NCBI GenBank assembly: GCA_019113295.1
Contig: DXHR01000011.1
Span: 97,254-161,253, forward strand
From: Candidatus Salinicoccus stercoripullorum
Lineage (GTDB): Bacteria > Bacillota > Bacilli > Staphylococcales > Salinicoccaceae
Direction: 5' to 3'
DNA: 64,000 nucleotides
The notes under the pieces were generated by a model. It worked only from the letters and a program-made list of their open reading frames with translations. It was not told where the DNA came from and did not search any database. This document shows, piece by piece, positions 21,111 to 32,269 of the stretch (positions are counted from its first letter, which is position 1; each line of letters begins with the position of its first letter). The translations under genes were made by a program, and so were the position numbers.

Positions 21111-21737
21111 CTATCCTCTGACAAACGGGTTGGTTGCCTTCTCCTCTCTGATTGTCGTAGCGGGACCATGGCCGGGATACACATCAGTATCCCCATCCAT
21201 CACATACAATTTCTCTCTGATGGAATTGATGAGATCGATATGATTGCTCATGTACAGGTCCGTCCTGCCTATGCCTCCTGAAAAGAGCACATCCCCGGAG
21301 ACGACAAAATCTGTAAATCGGAAGCTCATACTGCCCGGTGAATGTCCCGGTGTGTGGAACACTTCGAATTTGAAACTTCCAACCTCCATCGGCCCCTCCT
21401 CCAGAATCTTTACTTCAACATCGGCAGAGTCCGGTTCAATGCCCATGTCCGCATACTTGCCGGAACCGTTTTTGTCCGGGTCGGCCAGCCAGTCCTCCTC
21501 CTCGGCGCCGATCCATGTGTCGACGGCGTATGTCCGGGCAGTCTCTTGCAATGCCCCGATATGATCAAAGTGGGCATGGGTGAGAAGAATTGCCTCCACA
21601 GGCAGCCCGATGTCATCAATCTCTTGTTCAATCACGTCAGCCTCACCGGAAGGATCGATAATCAGCACTCCGGTCCCATTGTTCAGAATATAACAGTTCG
21701 TCTCAAGTATGCCCAGCGGCAAAGTTCTTATATCCAT
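21111..21737 (-). CDS. MBL-fold metallo-hydrolase (YqgX/glyoxalase II-like)
   Basis: LTHAHFDHIG, HTPGHSPG, SGDVLF, YPGHG. Confidence 0.93.
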   Translation of the reverse strand: MDIRTLPLGILETNCYILNNGTGVLIIDPSGEADVIEQEIDDIGLPVEAILLTHAHFDHIGALQETARTYAVDTWIGAEEEDWLADPDKNGSGKYADMGIEPDSADVEVKILEEGPMEVGSFKFEVFHTPGHSPGSMSFRFTDFVVSGDVLFSGGIGRTDLYMSNHIDLINSIREKLYVMDGDTDVYPGHGPATTIREEKATNPFVRG

Positions 21738-21759
21738 ATTTTCACTCCTTAAAATCTAC

Positions 21760-21788
21760 TCGACAAAGTCATGTTTTAATTATACAAT
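21760..21788 (+). promoter_or_regulatory. SigA-type promoter candidate for the DUF2759 gene
   Basis: TCGACA-17 bp-TACAAT. Confidence 0.55.
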
Positions 21789-21829
21789 ATATATGAGGTA
21801 AAAGAGAAATATTGGGAGGTTGAACAAAA

Positions 21830-22069
21830 ATGCCATTCATCGATACAGGAGAGCTGTTTGAAATCGGTGGCCTTACCATTCATATTGGAATCAATGCCTT
21901 TTCATTATTAGCATTAATGGTCTTCATTGTTGGTATTTGGGCACTTGTTGCTTCGATTAAAAGCAAAAATCTGCTGGCAGTGCTGTTCAGTGTTGCCACT
22001 GTAGCCACTTTTGGATTCTTTGCAATCGCTACAATCTTTACATACGGTTACCCTGACCTGGGACACTAG
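21830..22069 (+). CDS. DUF2759 (YqgW-like) membrane protein
   Basis: KSKNLLAVLFSVATVATFGFFAIATI pattern; GGGAGG RBS; synteny. Confidence 0.78.
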   Translation: MPFIDTGELFEIGGLTIHIGINAFSLLALMVFIVGIWALVASIKSKNLLAVLFSVATVATFGFFAIATIFTYGYPDLGH

Positions 22070-22093
22070 GAAGGCAATCGTCATATGAAAATC

Positions 22094-22124
22094 AAAAAGC
22101 AGGCCTCGACGAGGCCTGCTTTTT
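22094..22124. terminator. Bidirectional terminator overlapping the argH stop
   Basis: AAAAAGCAGGCCTCG-a-CGAGGCCTGCTTTTT. Confidence 0.85.
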
Positions 22125-23505
22125 AAATTTTTTTTAAAGTGTCTTCTGCAATTCCGATCTGTTTTTCCACGGCCTTCGTCCCTGTGCCGCCGCTACTGTT
22201 CCTTCTGTCAACAACGACTTTCGGTGCCAGCACTTCATAGATATCCGACTCTATCGCTCCATGCGCCGTTTTGAATTCTTCAAGAGACATATCCCTGAGA
22301 TATTTTTGTTCATTTATGCATTTCAGTACAGCTTTTCCGACCACTTCATGAGCATTCCTGAACGGCACACCTTTTTGCACAAGATAGTCGGCCAGCTCGG
22401 TCGCATTTGAAAAGTCCTCTTCAACCGTCTTCTCGAGTACCTCTTCATTGAGCGTCATACTTCCAAGCATTCCATTCATGATTTTAAGTGAACCGGACAC
22501 GGTCGTAACAGCGTCAAACAACCCTTCTTTGTCTTCCTGCATATCTTTATTGTATGTGAGGGGAAGCCCTTTCAACAGCATCAGCATGCTCATAAGTGAT
22601 CCCGCTGTGCGAGCGCTCTTGCCGCGGATCAGTTCGGCCATATCGGGGTTTTTCTTCTGGGGCATCATAGAGCTGCCCGTCGTGAACTGATCGTCCAGCT
22701 GGATGAAGCCCGCCTCTTCACTCATCCAGAAGATGATTTCTTCAGAAAGCCTTGAAAGATGTACCATCACAAGACTGATGTTCGACAGTGTTTCAATTAT
22801 ATAATCACGGTCGCTTACAGCATCCATGCTGTTCTGATATAGCTCTGAGAATCCCAGAAGCTGTCTGGTCTCCTCCCTGTCAATGTCAAAAGTGGTTCCA
22901 CTGATGGCACCGGCGCCAAGCGGGGAAACATCTATGCGTTTCAGCGAATCACTGAACCTCTCCTTATCCCTTTTCAGCATCCAGAAGTAGACCATGATAT
23001 GGTGTGAGAATAAAACAGGCTGCGCACGCTGCAGATGTGTATATCCCGGCATGATGACATGGAGATTGTCTTTTGCCAGATCAAGAACCGTCTTCTGCAT
23101 GCGCTCTATACTTTCAATGATTTCGTTTACTCTTCCTTTGACATACAGATGCATATCAGTTGCCACCTGATCATTCCTGCTCCTGGCAGTATGAAGCTTG
23201 CCGCCGGTATTACCGATCTTTTCAATCAGAGCATGTTCGACATTCATATGGATGTCCTCACGGGCGACCGAAAACTCGGTAATACCATTTTTATAATCCT
23301 CGAGGACCGCCTTCAGCCCATCCGTGATCTCTTCTTGCTCGTCATCAGTGATGATCCCCTGTTTGGCCAGCATTGCCGCATGTGCTATGCTTCCTGCTAT
23401 ATCCATTTCAATCAGGGTATTATCAAAATGGATGGACGCGTTGAACTCATCCACCCATTCAATGGCTTCGCCCTGAAATCTGCCGCCCCATGCCTTTTCA
23501 GTCAT
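22123..23505 (-). CDS. argH: Argininosuccinate lyase
   Basis: [31 protein letters not shown] signature. Confidence 0.98.
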   Translation of the reverse strand: MTEKAWGGRFQGEAIEWVDEFNASIHFDNTLIEMDIAGSIAHAAMLAKQGIITDDEQEEITDGLKAVLEDYKNGITEFSVAREDIHMNVEHALIEKIGNTGGKLHTARSRNDQVATDMHLYVKGRVNEIIESIERMQKTVLDLAKDNLHVIMPGYTHLQRAQPVLFSHHIMVYFWMLKRDKERFSDSLKRIDVSPLGAGAISGTTFDIDREETRQLLGFSELYQNSMDAVSDRDYIIETLSNISLVMVHLSRLSEEIIFWMSEEAGFIQLDDQFTTGSSMMPQKKNPDMAELIRGKSARTAGSLMSMLMLLKGLPLTYNKDMQEDKEGLFDAVTTVSGSLKIMNGMLGSMTLNEEVLEKTVEEDFSNATELADYLVQKGVPFRNAHEVVGKAVLKCINEQKYLRDMSLEEFKTAHGAIESDIYEVLAPKVVVDRRNSSGGTGTKAVEKQIGIAEDTLKKI

Positions 23506-24709
23506 AGAGTTTTACTCCACTGTCCAGCATGGATTTGACTTTGGTCGGCAGGCCGAAAATTTCAATGAAACCGACCGAAGCATCCTGGTTGAATGCATCC
23601 TCTTTTGTATACGTCGCAAGTTTTTCATTATAGAGGCTATTATCAGAACGTCTGCCTGTGACAGTGATGTTACCTTTGTAGAGGGATACTCTCACTTCTC
23701 CTGTGACAGGTTCCTGCATATCCTTGAGCATGCCTCTCAGAGAGTCGGAAAGTGGCGAGAACCAGAGTCCATTGTACACCTGTTCTGCAAATTTCTGCTC
23801 GATGACCGGCTTGAAATGTGCAATATCTTTAGTGAGAGTGATCGTTTCAAGGTCATGCTTGGCAGTCAGAATCACTTTGGCACCCGGCGTTTCATATATT
23901 TCACGTGATTTTATACCCACAAGCCTGTTTTCAACGTGATCGATTCTGCCGATGCCGTGCACGCCTGCAATATCATTCAGTTTGATGATGAGGTCATCGA
24001 GTTCGTATTTCACTCCATTGATTGATTTGGGAAGGCCGTTTTCAAAAGTGAGCAGCAATTCTTCAGCTTCATCCGGCGCAACCTGTACATTTTCAGTCAG
24101 GTCGTATGCATCTTCCGGCGGAGTGTTCCACGGATCTTCCAGCACTCCACATTCATTGCTTCTGCCCCACAGGTTCTGGTCTATGGAATAAGGTGAATCC
24201 AGATCGATTGGAATGGGGATGTTCTTCTCTTTGGCATAGTCGATTTCCTCTTCTCTGCTCCATGTCCATTCACGTACCGGTGCCAGTACTTTAAGTGCAG
24301 GATCGAGGCCCTGGATTGCAACTTCGAAACGGACCTGGTCGTTCCCTTTACCTGTGCATCCATGTGCCACATAGTCTGCATTTGTGTGATGGGCAATCTC
24401 CACCAGCTTTTTGGAAATGAGGGGTCTGCTCAGTGCAGAGACAAGCGGGTATTTCTGCTCATACATTGCATTGCCGTAGATTGCATATGCCACGAACTCT
24501 TCTGCAAATTCTTCGGTCGCGTCTATGACATGACATTCGACCGCTCCCATATCCAGCGCTTTCTGATGGACGAGGTCAAGATCCTTCCCTTCCCCGACGT
24601 CCAGACATACTGCCACAACCTCATAACCTTTATCAATGAACCATTGGATGGTCACACTTGTGTCAAGTCCTCCTGAATACGCTAAAACCACTTTTTCCTT
24701 CATATTCAT
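23498..24709 (-). CDS. argG: Argininosuccinate synthase
   Basis: [35 protein letters not shown]. Confidence 0.98.
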   Translation of the reverse strand: MNMKEKVVLAYSGGLDTSVTIQWFIDKGYEVVAVCLDVGEGKDLDLVHQKALDMGAVECHVIDATEEFAEEFVAYAIYGNAMYEQKYPLVSALSRPLISKKLVEIAHHTNADYVAHGCTGKGNDQVRFEVAIQGLDPALKVLAPVREWTWSREEEIDYAKEKNIPIPIDLDSPYSIDQNLWGRSNECGVLEDPWNTPPEDAYDLTENVQVAPDEAEELLLTFENGLPKSINGVKYELDDLIIKLNDIAGVHGIGRIDHVENRLVGIKSREIYETPGAKVILTAKHDLETITLTKDIAHFKPVIEQKFAEQVYNGLWFSPLSDSLRGMLKDMQEPVTGEVRVSLYKGNITVTGRRSDNSLYNEKLATYTKEDAFNQDASVGFIEIFGLPTKVKSMLDSGVKLYD

Positions 24710-24765
24710 TCACCTCTGTGTTCGATTTAATGATTTAAATACTACCATTATAAACATGCTTAATC

Positions 24766-24792
24766 AAGTATAATTATTCATTTTTATGTATT
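24766..24792. promoter_or_regulatory. Candidate ARG box (ArgR/AhrC operator) upstream of argG
   Basis: Minus strand TACATAAAAATGAATAATTATACTT contains TGAATAATTATACT, close to the TGAAT-N4-ATTCA type consensus, plus an adjacent half-site. Confidence 0.6.
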
Positions 24793-24859
24793 TTTTATAT
24801 TTTACAAATAAATACGGGTTATCTATACTTGATTTAATTACAGAGAGGAGCATTTTATA

Positions 24860-25588
24860 ATGAGATATGTATTTATAACAGGCACGACCGGAGGGCTTGG
24901 AGCTTCGCTGCTTGGCGCATTCCAGGAAGACCGTATCATCAGCATCACGCGACGGAAAGTTCAGACAGATATCAGGTTATACAGAGAATTTCATATAGAT
25001 TTCCTTGATGAAGGTACGCTCGCAGAAGAAATCCTGGATATTTTCGGTTCAATCAATCCAGTCGCAGGTGATGAGATTTTCCTCATCAACAATGCTGGTA
25101 CTGTAGGGCCTGTGAAATCAGTGAAGAATATGGATGCCAAAGGATACCTGGATAACTACAAAGTGAATGTGCTTGCCCCTGCTTTGTTCATCAAGGGGTT
25201 CATCAGGTCATTCAAAGCATTGGATGCGCGAAAGAAGATACTGACAGTCTCAAGCGGCGCAGCCCTGAGTCCCATGGAGGGGTGGGCGGCCTACTGCACC
25301 TCGAAAGCAGCTGTGAATATGCTGAGCTGCGTAACACGTACGGAGACTTCAGGACTCGACTCTCCTGTGCTGTCATCCACGTTCCGACCGGGAGTGATAG
25401 ATACCGGAATGCAGAAGGAGATCAGGGAATCCGATCCAAAAGAATTTCCGAATATCGATAAATTCAAGAATTATAAATCGGAAGACCGTCTGCTGGATCC
25501 GGATTTTGTTGCATCCATCCTGAAAAAAATTATCACTTCCGATGATTTTGCAGAATCTGCAAACTATGACATAGCTGATTATATATAA
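24860..25588 (+). CDS. Short-chain dehydrogenase/reductase (benzil reductase YueD-like)
   Basis: ITGTTGGLG, INNAG, YCTSK catalytic motif, RPGVIDTGMQ. Confidence 0.88.
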   Translation: MRYVFITGTTGGLGASLLGAFQEDRIISITRRKVQTDIRLYREFHIDFLDEGTLAEEILDIFGSINPVAGDEIFLINNAGTVGPVKSVKNMDAKGYLDNYKVNVLAPALFIKGFIRSFKALDARKKILTVSSGAALSPMEGWAAYCTSKAAVNMLSCVTRTETSGLDSPVLSSTFRPGVIDTGMQKEIRESDPKEFPNIDKFKNYKSEDRLLDPDFVASILKKIITSDDFAESANYDIADYI

Positions 25589-25621
25589 AAAAATAGAACC
25601 CGGAGGTTCTATTTTTTTATA
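25584..25621. terminator. Bidirectional terminator
   Basis: TATAAAAAAATAGAACC-cgga-GGTTCTATTTTTTTATA. Confidence 0.8.
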
Positions 25622-26574
25622 AGATACTGTTTTACGAGTCTGGCGGCACCGTACATGCCTGCATCGTTTCCAAGTTCAGCCATCACGATTTCCATATCCT
25701 CTGCAGCCGGCGGGAATATCAGCGTATCATAATGCTTTCTGACTTTATCGGTCAGATACTCCCCCGCCCTGCTTACACCGCCGCCGAATATGAAATAACC
25801 CGGGTTGGTGATTACAGAGATACTGCTCATGGCCACAGCAAGGTAACGGGCAGCTTCTTCAACCACGAATTCCGCAAGCGGGTCTTCTTTCATGGCCGCA
25901 TCCATTATTGCTTTTGAAGTGAGGGTGCCTTCTTTGATGGCAGCTGACAGGACTGAATGTTCATAGTCCTCTGCATGGTATCCGGCCAGGTTCACCATGC
26001 CCGTTGCAGATGCAACGGTCTCAAGACACCCTCTCTTGCCGCAGTTGCACTGGAAACGTCCGTCGAAATCGACTTTAATATGACCGATTTCTCCACCGGA
26101 GCCCCCTGTGCCGTGTATCAGGCTGCCGCCGGAGATGACGCCGCCACCCACGCCGGTCCCGAGAGTGATCATGACCACTTCGGAATGACCGTGTCCGGCG
26201 CCTTTCGATTGTTCCCCAAGCGCCGCCACATTGGCATCATTATCAACGATTGCCGCCGTACCGCTCAGTTCATGGAAGATTGTGGAGATCGAGCTCTTCC
26301 CTTTTATATTCAGATTTATACAGCCGTTAAGTATCCCTTTTTCAAAATCCACCGGGCCGGGCATACCGAGTCCTGCACCCAGGCTTTCCTCTACTTTGAA
26401 ACCTAAAGATTCCTCTTTTGACCGGAAGGAGTCATGAACATTCGGGAGTATGTGGCTACCTTCTTCCGATATATCTGTCGGAATCTCCCATTTTTCAATC
26501 AGATTGATTTCTTCATCGAAAATCCCCAATTTGCATGATGTTCCTCCGATGTCTGCTGCTAAAATGACACTCAT
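25609..26574 (-). CDS. glcK: ROK family glucokinase
   Basis: ADIGGT, DNDANVAALGE, GEIGH, CNCGKRGCLETVAS. Confidence 0.95.
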   Translation of the reverse strand: MSVILAADIGGTSCKLGIFDEEINLIEKWEIPTDISEEGSHILPNVHDSFRSKEESLGFKVEESLGAGLGMPGPVDFEKGILNGCINLNIKGKSSISTIFHELSGTAAIVDNDANVAALGEQSKGAGHGHSEVVMITLGTGVGGGVISGGSLIHGTGGSGGEIGHIKVDFDGRFQCNCGKRGCLETVASATGMVNLAGYHAEDYEHSVLSAAIKEGTLTSKAIMDAAMKEDPLAEFVVEEAARYLAVAMSSISVITNPGYFIFGGGVSRAGEYLTDKVRKHYDTLIFPPAAEDMEIVMAELGNDAGMYGAARLVKQYLIKK

Positions 26575-26577
26575 GTA

Positions 26578-26763
26578 CTAACCTCTTTTCCTTAAAATAA
26601 GCAATGCTTCTGTAAATTCCTCGCTTGTGACGAGACCGTGCTTGTAAAGTTCTTTTATCTCCATTTCCATCATTGCGAGCTTGTTCTTTTCGTCCCTGTC
26701 ATAAACGTATATGCCATATCTGCGCAGTAGAAGATTGATGTCACTGAGATCTTTATTATTCAT
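26578..26763 (-). CDS. YqgQ/DUF910 family protein
   Basis: LLRRYGIYVY...MEMEIKELYKHGL; between rhomboid and glcK. Confidence 0.85.
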   Translation of the reverse strand: MNNKDLSDINLLLRRYGIYVYDRDEKNKLAMMEMEIKELYKHGLVTSEEFTEALLILRKRG

Positions 26764-28168
26764 TATATTCCTCTGCCAGGAGTTTCAACCCTTCATCTTT
26801 TATATTTTTGGTGTCCAGCTGGCTGAAGACATCCTCCATCCCTTCATAATCACGCTGTTTTCTCAACTGGATCAGCCGGTATTCGGCAGCATATTCATTC
26901 GACGGGTCGAGTTCATAGCTTTTTTCATGATAACTTTCCGCCCGTTCCCTTTCGCCGGCATGTTCCGACAGAACACCCAGTGCATGGTATGTTGTGGCGG
27001 TACCGTTTCCTGACCTCAGTGCCTCATTGGCAATCTTGAGAGCCTCTTCATATTCTCCCTTTTCAATATGTTCCATCGCCATATCGTCAAAGGGCTGGCT
27101 TGAATCCTTCGATGTCATGACAAAATAAGAAATTACTGCCAGTATAATAAGCATCGCAAATGACCCAAAGAACCATTTTGAACCAAATCTCTTCGGATTG
27201 AACACGACCCCGAGCAACACACCCGAGACAAGACCGCCGATATGCGCGAAATGATTGATATTGGCAAACAGCTGGGCAAATACGGATATCAAAACGAATA
27301 TCAGTGCAATCTGGATGATCAGTTTCAAATTGATGCGGCCGTGTACCAGCAGATGGACGATGATGATTCCGAGCAGGCCGTAAACCGCGCCGCTCGCACC
27401 GAGGGAGATGCCCTCGATGACGAACATGAGCGAGAACAGGCTTGAAAGCATTCCGGTCAGACAGTATGCAATGAGCAGATGGAACTTGCCATACAGGCTC
27501 TCTGTGAATTTCCCCAGTATATACAATGCGAATATATTGAACAGGAAATGATCTATTGTGACATGCAGGAAGGAGCTTGTCAGCAATCTGTAGAACTCCC
27601 CGGAAACGACGTTGAAGTGGCTCAGTGCGAGAGCGTTCGTCAGCAGATAGGAGTCAGAAAACCTGACTGCTGCGAAGTTGAACAGGAAGATGATCAGATT
27701 GATGCTGATCAGAAGATATGTCATCGGTGTAAACTTGATCATATATTTCTCAAAAGGATGCTGACCCATGAGGCGTCTCTGGTAATAATCGTCATCTTTT
27801 GCTTTCTTGTACTTCATATCGAGTCTGAAGAAAGGGTTCCGGATGAGCTTTCCCATATCTGAAACACTTCTGTGTATAATCTTGAGGCCGTCCGATTTCC
27901 TCTTTCTGCGGGTACCGCCTTCAGCCATATGAATGCAGTAGATTGTGCCGACATCGAATCCGGCTTGATTTGAAATCGTGTCCGCACTTTCAAAAAGGCT
28001 GTCTGTGGTATGATCCATCTCTTCTTCTGTAAGAAGATCATTGAGGAACATAACGCTGCGGTCTTTTGGATTTTTGAGCCATATTGTGCCGTTCGCCCCA
28101 TCGTAATCGAGGAACGAATAACCGGTATAGCGGACCAGTTCATAGGCAGTGTGCCACTTACTTCTCAT
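26756..28168 (-). CDS. gluP: Rhomboid intramembrane serine protease with C-terminal TPR (GluP/YqgP-like)
   Basis: YRLLTSSFLH, GASGAVYG catalytic Ser, NHFAHIGG His; GGAGG RBS at MRSKW. Confidence 0.92.
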   Translation of the reverse strand: MRSKWHTAYELVRYTGYSFLDYDGANGTIWLKNPKDRSVMFLNDLLTEEEMDHTTDSLFESADTISNQAGFDVGTIYCIHMAEGGTRRKRKSDGLKIIHRSVSDMGKLIRNPFFRLDMKYKKAKDDDYYQRRLMGQHPFEKYMIKFTPMTYLLISINLIIFLFNFAAVRFSDSYLLTNALALSHFNVVSGEFYRLLTSSFLHVTIDHFLFNIFALYILGKFTESLYGKFHLLIAYCLTGMLSSLFSLMFVIEGISLGASGAVYGLLGIIIVHLLVHGRINLKLIIQIALIFVLISVFAQLFANINHFAHIGGLVSGVLLGVVFNPKRFGSKWFFGSFAMLIILAVISYFVMTSKDSSQPFDDMAMEHIEKGEYEEALKIANEALRSGNGTATTYHALGVLSEHAGERERAESYHEKSYELDPSNEYAAEYRLIQLRKQRDYEGMEDVFSQLDTKNIKDEGLKLLAEEYNE

Positions 28169-28733
28169 TCGCAGTCCTCCTGCTTTTTGCATCGATTGTA
28201 CGCTCAGGAGTGATAAGTATATCCACAGCGATGTCATGCGGTTCCTGGACCACTTCGCCGAGCTGTTCGTCGAACAGCAGTGAGACTTTCAGTCCGTTGT
28301 AATCTTTCAGGAAACGGTCATAGAAACCGCCTCCGTATCCGATTCTGTAGCCTGCCTCTGAATAGACGAGACCCGGCACTACGATGAGTTCCACCTGATT
28401 GTTTATATCGCTTCCGTCCGAAGGCACACGGAGATTTTTCTCATCAGTTACAATATCATCAAAAGAAATGAACCTTGAGAAGTTCATTTCTTTTTTCCTG
28501 TAATCACATACAGGTGTGTAGACTTCACGCCCGGATTCCACCATCCATGAAATGAGACCGTCCGTATCAAGTTCATGGGGCATGGCCAGCACAATGCCGA
28601 TGGAACGGATATCATGTTCCTTTATGAAACCAATGAGTTTCTCCTTCAGAACATCCTCTTTTTCATTCTTGGACATCTCATCCATTGAAGACAAAACCGA
28701 TATCATATTTTTGCGCAAAGATTTCTTATCCAA
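28158..28733 (-). CDS. 5-formyltetrahydrofolate cyclo-ligase
   Basis: LIVVPGLVY...GYRIGYGGGFYDRFL, EPHDIAVD; TTG start. Confidence 0.94.
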   Translation of the reverse strand: MDKKSLRKNMISVLSSMDEMSKNEKEDVLKEKLIGFIKEHDIRSIGIVLAMPHELDTDGLISWMVESGREVYTPVCDYRKKEMNFSRFISFDDIVTDEKNLRVPSDGSDINNQVELIVVPGLVYSEAGYRIGYGGGFYDRFLKDYNGLKVSLLFDEQLGEVVQEPHDIAVDILITPERTIDAKSRRTANEK

Positions 28734-28843
28734 AGTATTACCTCTTTCCGTAATCATCATTAATGGTCATATAATATCAATTATACATATTATAGTATTT
28801 ACGTGTGCAAAGGAAAAGGTTATGCACATATAAACACACAAAA

Positions 28844-28875
28844 ATAAAGAACCCCGATGATATGACCGGGGTTCT
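28844..28875 (-). terminator. Terminator of the pst-phoU operon
   Basis: AGAACCCCG / CGGGGTTCT stem with adjacent A-rich run. Confidence 0.75.
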
Positions 28876-28879
28876 GCTG

Positions 28880-29530
28880 TTACTGCTGGAAAATTTTTTC
28901 GTATTTGTCACCTGTCAGTACAAAGTAGACATGCTCTGCGATATTTTTGATATGGTCTCCGATACGTTCAAGGTACTTGGCTGCAAGTTGGCTCTGCCCT
29001 GTCACGAATACATCTGTTTCCTTGATGATATCCGTTGTCGTTATCTGGACGAACAGTGCATCGATGTCTTTATCGCGTTCGATGATCTCGGTGCACAGGT
29101 CCGTATCTCCTGTTTCATATGCTGTTTTAACATCTTCAAGCATAAGCAATGCAAGCCGCTCCATCGTCGACAGTCTGAGCAGCAGTTTTTCACTGCCCAG
29201 CCTGACCCTTTTCCTGACTTCTCCGATGTTGCTGATGTTATCGCTTATGCGCTCCAGATCATCGGCAATCTTGATGCTGGAAATGATGAGTCTCAGATCT
29301 GTCGCTACCGGCTGCTGGGTCGTGATCAGGTTGATGACCTGGGTGTTGATATCATTTTCCATTGAATTGATGGCCGAATCCCCTTTTACAAGGGCTCTCG
29401 CCCGTTCTGTGTCCGCGTCGGTCAACACTTCAGTACTCCCATCCAGTCTCCTGTAGCACTCTTTGCCAAGTCTCATTACATCCTGGTGGAGTGTATCCAT
29501 ATCGGCCTGGAATTTTCCGCGATAGATCAT
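28880..29530 (-). CDS. phoU: Phosphate signalling protein PhoU
   Basis: QQPVATDLR, DLERISD, YLERIGDHIKNIAE repeats. Confidence 0.96.
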   Translation of the reverse strand: MIYRGKFQADMDTLHQDVMRLGKECYRRLDGSTEVLTDADTERARALVKGDSAINSMENDINTQVINLITTQQPVATDLRLIISSIKIADDLERISDNISNIGEVRKRVRLGSEKLLLRLSTMERLALLMLEDVKTAYETGDTDLCTEIIERDKDIDALFVQITTTDIIKETDVFVTGQSQLAAKYLERIGDHIKNIAEHVYFVLTGDKYEKIFQQ

Positions 29531-30382
29531 TTATCCGAACCTGCCCGACACATAGTCCTCAGTGCGTTTGTCTTTCGGATTTTCGAAGATTGCTTTCGTA
29601 TCATCATGTTCGACGACATATCCCTGATAAAAGAATGCCGTCTTATCAGAAATGCGGGCAGCCTGCTGCATGTTATGTGTTACAACAATGATACTGTATT
29701 TTTCTTTGAGTTCCTGCATGAGATCCTCAATCTTGGTCGTTGAAATCGGATCGAGTGCACTTGTCGGTTCGTCCATCAGGATAACATCAGGCTCGATGGC
29801 GAGTGCTCTTGCAATGCATATCCGCTGTTGCTGACCGCCTGAGAGACCATAGGCATTCTCATTGAGACGGTCCTTGACTTCATGCCAGATCGCCGCCCCC
29901 CGGAGACTCTTTTCAACAATTTCATCAAGTACCTTCTTCTTGCGTATACCATGTACCCTTGCACCGTAGGCAACATTGTCATAGATAGATTTAGGGAATG
30001 GGTTCGGTTTCTGGAATACCATGCCGACTTTCGTCCTCAGTTCCTCAACTGTAAGCGATTTATCGAAAATGTTCTGCTCGCGGTAGACGATGTCACCTTC
30101 CGTACGTACAACAGGTACAAGCTCCACCATCCTGTTCAGTGATTTGATGAAAGTAGATTTGCCACAGCCGGATGGACCGATGATTGCGGAAATTTCATTT
30201 TCATTGAACGTAAGGTTTATATTCTGGAGTGCATGGTTATCCCCGTACCAGAGATTGAAATCTTTTGCTTCGAAAACAGGCCTGGAAGAATGTACAATGC
30301 CTGGTTGCTTATTCTGCTGCTCAGTTTGGGTGCTTATCGCTTCATTCATAACTGATCTCTCTTTCATTTTAAGTTCTGCCAT
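29531..30382 (-). CDS. pstB: Phosphate ABC transporter ATPase
   Basis: [38 protein letters not shown]. Confidence 0.97.
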   Translation of the reverse strand: MAELKMKERSVMNEAISTQTEQQNKQPGIVHSSRPVFEAKDFNLWYGDNHALQNINLTFNENEISAIIGPSGCGKSTFIKSLNRMVELVPVVRTEGDIVYREQNIFDKSLTVEELRTKVGMVFQKPNPFPKSIYDNVAYGARVHGIRKKKVLDEIVEKSLRGAAIWHEVKDRLNENAYGLSGGQQQRICIARALAIEPDVILMDEPTSALDPISTTKIEDLMQELKEKYSIIVVTHNMQQAARISDKTAFFYQGYVVEHDDTKAIFENPKDKRTEDYVSGRFG

Positions 30383-30396
30383 GATTAACCCCTCCA

Positions 30397-31275
30397 TTAA
30401 AACCTTTTGGAATATTTGTTGCGGATATAGATTGCTGCAGAGTTCATAAGGAACAGTATGAGCAGAAGAATGATGATTCCTGCTGCAGTCAAATACTGGA
30501 ACTCTGCCTGTGGCATCTTGACCCAGTTATAGATCTGCATCGGCAGTGCCTGGAATGTGTCGAATACACTGTTTGGTGTGACAAGCAGTGATACCGGTAC
30601 ACCTATGACCACAAGTGGTGCCGTCTCCCCGATCGCCCTGGACAACGCAAGAATGATACCTGTGATTATACCCGGGATAGCTGCCGGCAGTATGATCCTT
30701 GAAACAGTCTGCCATTTGGTTGCTCCCATCCCGATGGAAGCCTCACGCACGAACCCGGGTACTGCCCTGATTGCCTCCTGTGCTGCGACGACGATTACCG
30801 GCATGATCATGAGCGCCAGTGTCAGACCGGCTGCCATTACTGAGTTTCCGAGTGACAGCTGCCTGACGAAAATCGTAAGACCCAGAAGTCCGAAGACCAC
30901 GGACGGTACACCTGCCAGGTTTGAAATGTTTATAGTAATGAAATTGGTGATTTTGTTCTTCGGCGCATATTCCTCCAGGTACAGCGCCGTGCCTACCGAC
31001 AGTACGATGGCCACCGGTGCTGTAACAGCCATCAGCCATATTGAGCCTATGATGGCACCATAGATGCCTGCGCTTTCAGGCCGGCTGGAGCTGAAACTTG
31101 TAAGAAAGTCCCGAGTAAGATATTCCCAGCCGCCGAGGACCGTATCCACTATCAGTGTAACCAGAACTACAAGGCCCACCATAGTGCACAGGAGGAAAAG
31201 CAACTTCATGAATTTGTTTAAGAATAATCTGCCGCCCAAAGATTTGGCCACCTGATTTTTATCTGCCAGCTGCAT
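30397..31275 (-). CDS. pstA: Phosphate ABC transporter permease PstA
   Basis: [23 protein letters not shown]. Confidence 0.95.
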   Translation of the reverse strand: MQLADKNQVAKSLGGRLFLNKFMKLLFLLCTMVGLVVLVTLIVDTVLGGWEYLTRDFLTSFSSSRPESAGIYGAIIGSIWLMAVTAPVAIVLSVGTALYLEEYAPKNKITNFITINISNLAGVPSVVFGLLGLTIFVRQLSLGNSVMAAGLTLALMIMPVIVVAAQEAIRAVPGFVREASIGMGATKWQTVSRIILPAAIPGIITGIILALSRAIGETAPLVVIGVPVSLLVTPNSVFDTFQALPMQIYNWVKMPQAEFQYLTAAGIIILLLILFLMNSAAIYIRNKYSKRF

Positions 31276-31276
31276 A

Positions 31277-32203
31277 TTAATATTCCTCCCTGAATCTTTT
31301 TGTGATCCACTGTGCTGCAAGATTCATGACCAGTGTGAAAAGGAACAGTGTCATACCTACTGCATAGAGACTGTAATAAAGGTCTGTACCGAATGCAGCA
31401 TCACCTGATGTAACCTGAACGATGAAACCGGTCATGGTCTGAAGTGATGCAGTAAGATCGAAATCAGCACCCGGCGTGCTGCCAGCTGCGATTGAAACAA
31501 TCATGGTCTCACCGATCGCGCGTGAGATACCAAGTACGAATGATGCGACTATTCCCGAGGCAGCAGCCGGCAGGATGATTTTGAATACAGTTTCCAGACG
31601 GGTGGCGCCAAGACCAAGTGAGCCTTCCCTTGTAGCGCCGGGTACCGAGCTCATCGCATCCTCGCTCAGGCTTGCTATCATCGGCACAATCATTATTCCG
31701 ACTACAACCCCCGGTGAAATCGCATTGTACAGGCTGACTCCCGGAAAAATTTCCCTGATGAGAGGAGTGACAAAAGTGATTGCGAACGTCCCGTAAACGA
31801 CCGTCGGAATCCCTGCAAGTATTTCCAGAATGGGCTTCACTATTCTTCTGATACGGTCACCCGCATACTCACTCAGGTAGATTGCCGCCCCCAGTCCCAC
31901 CGGAACGGCAACAATGGTGGCAATGACCACGATTTTCAATGTACCCATCATCAGAGCAATGATTCCGAATGTTGGATCGGCACTGAATGCATTCCATTCG
32001 GTTGCAGTGATGAATTCAATAAAGGGGACTCTGGTAAAGAAAATGAATGTCTCAGATAACAGAGTATATAAGATTCCGACGGTAGTAAGGATTGAAACGG
32101 ATGTGATGATGAAAAGTATGACTGGTACAGCTCTTTCTATGAATTTTGTACTCTTGTTGTTTTTATTATTCTGAATCATTTCCCGTATATTATATTCACT
32201 CAT
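31277..32203 (-). CDS. pstC: Phosphate ABC transporter permease PstC
   Basis: LEILAGIPTVVYG, SRAIGETM. Confidence 0.95.
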   Translation of the reverse strand: MSEYNIREMIQNNKNNKSTKFIERAVPVILFIITSVSILTTVGILYTLLSETFIFFTRVPFIEFITATEWNAFSADPTFGIIALMMGTLKIVVIATIVAVPVGLGAAIYLSEYAGDRIRRIVKPILEILAGIPTVVYGTFAITFVTPLIREIFPGVSLYNAISPGVVVGIMIVPMIASLSEDAMSSVPGATREGSLGLGATRLETVFKIILPAAASGIVASFVLGISRAIGETMIVSIAAGSTPGADFDLTASLQTMTGFIVQVTSGDAAFGTDLYYSLYAVGMTLFLFTLVMNLAAQWITKRFREEY

Positions 32204-32229
32204 AATAAACCTCGCTTAAAAATACTTTA

Positions 32230-32255
32230 AAATGGACGGGTGCTCCCGTCCATTT
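32230..32255 (-). terminator. Intra-operon hairpin between pstS and pstC
   Basis: AAATGGACGGG-tgct-CCCGTCCATTT. Confidence 0.65.
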
Positions 32256-32269
32256 GTCATTGTCATGAG

